DNA of 34,874 nucleotides, from positions 1 through 34,874 of the forward strand of contig JAUZEY010000207.1 of assembly GCA_030838785.1 (NCBI GenBank). Direction: 5' to 3'. Position numbers and translations under genes: made by a program. Position 1 is the stretch's first letter; each line of letters opens with the position of its first letter. Below the pieces are notes generated by a model, which saw nothing but the letters and a program-made list of their open reading frames with translations, was not told where the DNA came from and did no database searches. Below are positions 33,011-34,874 of this stretch, piece by piece. The DNA comes from Actinomycetota bacterium. GTDB taxonomy: Bacteria; Actinomycetota; Acidimicrobiia; IMCC26256; BP-133.

Positions 33011-33728
33011 GCCCGGCATCCGGCCCGGGCAGCCGTGGGGCACGGAGGAGTCCGGTCCCGCCGACCTCGAGGTGACCGGTGGCGACGGGATGCTGGCCTC
33101 GGTGCTGGTCCGGGGGGTGGCCGACCCGCTCGTCCGTTTCGCCGCCAACCGCGGCTCCGACCTGGCCCGGGCCGTCGGCCTGGTGGCCGGGGCGGCGTCG
33201 ACCGGCATGGCGCTCCCGCTCGACGTCCTCGACGTGGTGGCCAGCAATGGGTTCGAGCAGATCACGGCCGATGAGGTCCACGACAGCGGACCCCGGATGG
33301 CCACCGTGGTGGCCGTCAACAGCATCGTCGTGGGCCCGCCCCCTGACCGGCTCCGGGCCTGGCACCGGCCGGCGGGGCTGACGGTGGAGATCGACGGGAC
33401 GCCGGTCGATGCGGCCGCCGCCACCACGCTGGTGGTCATGAACGGGCAGTACCTGCGAGGCGTGGACGTGAGCCCCCGCGGCCACCCCGGCGACGGCGTC
33501 TGCGAGGCGCAGCTCTACGCCCTCCCGCCCGCCGCCCGCCGGGCCATGCGCGCCCGCCTGGCCACCGGCGCCCACCTGCCGCATCCGGCGATCACCATCC
33601 GCCGGGCCCGGCGGATCGTCGTGCGGGCGGCCCGGCCCGTCCCCCTCGAGGTCGACGGCGCCCCGGCCGGCCGGGTAACGGAGGTGCGGCTCGAGCTGCG
33701 CCCGTCCGCCTACCGCCTGCTGGTCTGA
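32976..33728 (+). CDS. Diacylglycerol/lipid kinase (YegS/DAGK)-like protein with degenerate N-terminus
   Basis: GGDG, SDLARAVG, MNGQYLRG...PRGHPGDG, LEVDG; adjacent to helY as in the usual actinobacterial synteny. Confidence 0.78.
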   Translation: MSQSFPGDPPEPPGIRPGQPWGTEESGPADLEVTGGDGMLASVLVRGVADPLVRFAANRGSDLARAVGLVAGAASTGMALPLDVLDVVASNGFEQITADEVHDSGPRMATVVAVNSIVVGPPPDRLRAWHRPAGLTVEIDGTPVDAAAATTLVVMNGQYLRGVDVSPRGHPGDGVCEAQLYALPPAARRAMRARLATGAHLPHPAITIRRARRIVVRAARPVPLEVDGAPAGRVTEVRLELRPSAYRLLV

Positions 33729-33765
33729 TCGCGGGACGTACGGCTCGCCCGCGCCCCTGCTGCCA

Positions 33766-34686
33766 TTACGGGGTGGGAGCGTCGAGGAACTCGTTGATCC
33801 GGGTGGCCATGGCCTCGGCGTGGGTCAGGAGGAACAGATGGCCGCCAGGCACCACCTCGAGCCGGGCGTCGGGGATGCGGGCAGCCAGGATGCGGCCGTT
33901 CACCACCGGGACGATGGGGTCCGAGTCGCCGGCGAGCACCAGCGTCGGCTGGCGGAGACGGTGGAGCCACAGGACGCTGGCGAAGCGGCGCAGGGCCAGC
34001 ATCTGCCACACGTAGCCCCGCGACGACGGCGCCCGGGTGAACCGGGCCCGGCGCTGGTGGGCCATCATCTCCGGGTCGTCGACCACGTCGGGGCCGTAGA
34101 GGCGGGGAGCGACCCGGTCGAGATAGGACGGCGACCAGTAGCGCAGCGGGGTGGCCAGGATGGCCAGCACCCGGGGGTCGCCGGGGATGGGCGCGCCGCC
34201 GGCCATGGTGGCGCAGAGCACCAGCCGGCGGACCCTGTCGCCGCCGCGGTGGGCCAGCTCCTGGGCCAGTGCGCCGCCCCACGACACCCCCAGCACGTCG
34301 ACGCGGGGTACGCCGATCTGGTCCAGCGCGGCGAGCACGGCCCGGGCCACGCCGCCCATGGTCGGCGGGATCAGCGGGACGGACGACTCGCCGACCCCGG
34401 GCGCGTCAAAGGCGATCGTCGGACGGCCGAGCGGGTCCCGGAACGGTTGCCACATCTCGATCGGGGCGCCGATCCCGTTGCACAGCAGGAGCGGCGGACG
34501 GGCCGCGGCCGACGCCTCCGTCGGCGGGAAGCCGCTGGCTTTTTGGGGGACACCCCCGAACCCCGCGGCGGGGCGGACCGACACCCGCAGCCGGAACCCG
34601 GCCGCCTGCACCATCAAGGTCCGCTCGTCGCGGGCGGCGGCCGCCGCGCCCGCGGCCGTGGCCGCCGGGTCGGCGGGGGGCGTCAT
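33766..34686 (-). CDS. phaZ: Poly(3-hydroxyalkanoate) depolymerase (intracellular, alpha/beta hydrolase)
   Basis: PLLLCNGIGA, IAFDAPGVGES, lipase box GVSWGG, ATPLRY, GDSDPIVPVVNG, GGHLFL; directly downstream of phaC. Confidence 0.85.
   Translation of the reverse strand: MTPPADPAATAAGAAAAARDERTLMVQAAGFRLRVSVRPAAGFGGVPQKASGFPPTEASAAARPPLLLCNGIGAPIEMWQPFRDPLGRPTIAFDAPGVGESSVPLIPPTMGGVARAVLAALDQIGVPRVDVLGVSWGGALAQELAHRGGDRVRRLVLCATMAGGAPIPGDPRVLAILATPLRYWSPSYLDRVAPRLYGPDVVDDPEMMAHQRRARFTRAPSSRGYVWQMLALRRFASVLWLHRLRQPTLVLAGDSDPIVPVVNGRILAARIPDARLEVVPGGHLFLLTHAEAMATRINEFLDAPTP
34544..34563 (-). repeat. REP-like palindrome inside phaZ
   Basis: GGGTTCGGGGGTGTCCCCCA on the minus strand, same family as 32914-33010. 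Confidence 0.6.
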
Positions 34687-34697
34687 CGACGGGGAGG

Positions 34698-34874
34698 TCA
34701 ACTGGCGGCGTAGCGGCCGGGGGCGGTGTCGAGCACCGGATGGGTGCCGCTGCCGGGCGCCCGGGGGGCCCGGCGGGTCTCGCCGTCGCGGGCGGTCAGC
34801 CACTCCGACCACTCCTCCCACCACGACCCGGCGATCCGCTCCGCCTGAGCCGAGAAGGCCCCCGGGTCGGGGCC
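34698..34874 (-). CDS. phaC: PHA synthase (class I/II), 3' end only, truncated by the window edge
   Basis: Manual translation, absent from the ORF track: GPDPGAFSAQAERIAGSWWEEWSEWLTARDGETRRAPRAPGSGTHPVLDTAPGRYAAS*. GSWW..W..WL and APGRY are PhaC C-terminal hallmarks. Confidence 0.85.
   Translation of the reverse strand, partial: GPDPGAFSAQAERIAGSWWEEWSEWLTARDGETRRAPRAPGSGTHPVLDTAPGRYAAS

Noticed and set aside
71-34713. Many long overlapping ORFs in the six-frame track (e.g. 71..1042, 8077..9921, 10371..12356, 26644..28302, 30925..32694)
   Set aside because: They are antisense or off-frame shadows of recognisable genes, expected in high-GC DNA; most are Arg/Pro/Gly-rich and none shows family motifs.

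Overview
High-GC Actinomycetota DNA. BldC, DUF2630, MDMPI-N, tat-helY synteny and many apparently leaderless genes support this; an Acidimicrobiia-like host is a guess. About 40 CDSs are present. No rRNA, tRNA, CRISPR array, integrase or transposase was seen. Gene order: bldC region; peptidase S51/GNAT/PaaI divergent from an HxlR regulator; a channel-like membrane protein; a sulfonate/nitrate-type ABC operon with Rrf2 and a PIG-L amidase; a formate/nitrite (FNT) channel; a four-gene exported copper cluster; housekeeping genes (RDD, OsmC, DMT, TrmH, MDMPI-N, NYN, DUF2630, rnz, DUF1360); a divergent sigma-70 factor; GNAT; LLM oxidoreductase; Zn-finger/coiled-coil protein; a His-less sensor kinase; Zn-ribbon protein; tatB-tatC-helY-DAGK-like; and phaZ plus the 3' end of phaC. 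The best candidate for an undescribed system is 8899-15484. It holds a cupredoxin + His-lined beta-propeller protein, a CopC-CopD fusion, an amicyanin-like cupredoxin and a two-domain multicopper oxidase. The promoter of this cluster closely matches the adjacent FNT promoter, including a GlnR-like box, which suggests a nitrogen-regulated copper redox pathway (inference). Also notable: a probable non-canonical AUC start for the sigma factor, 9-bp repeat arrays around bldC, and a REP-like palindrome family inside coding sequences. All assignments come from reading motifs by eye; no searches were run.
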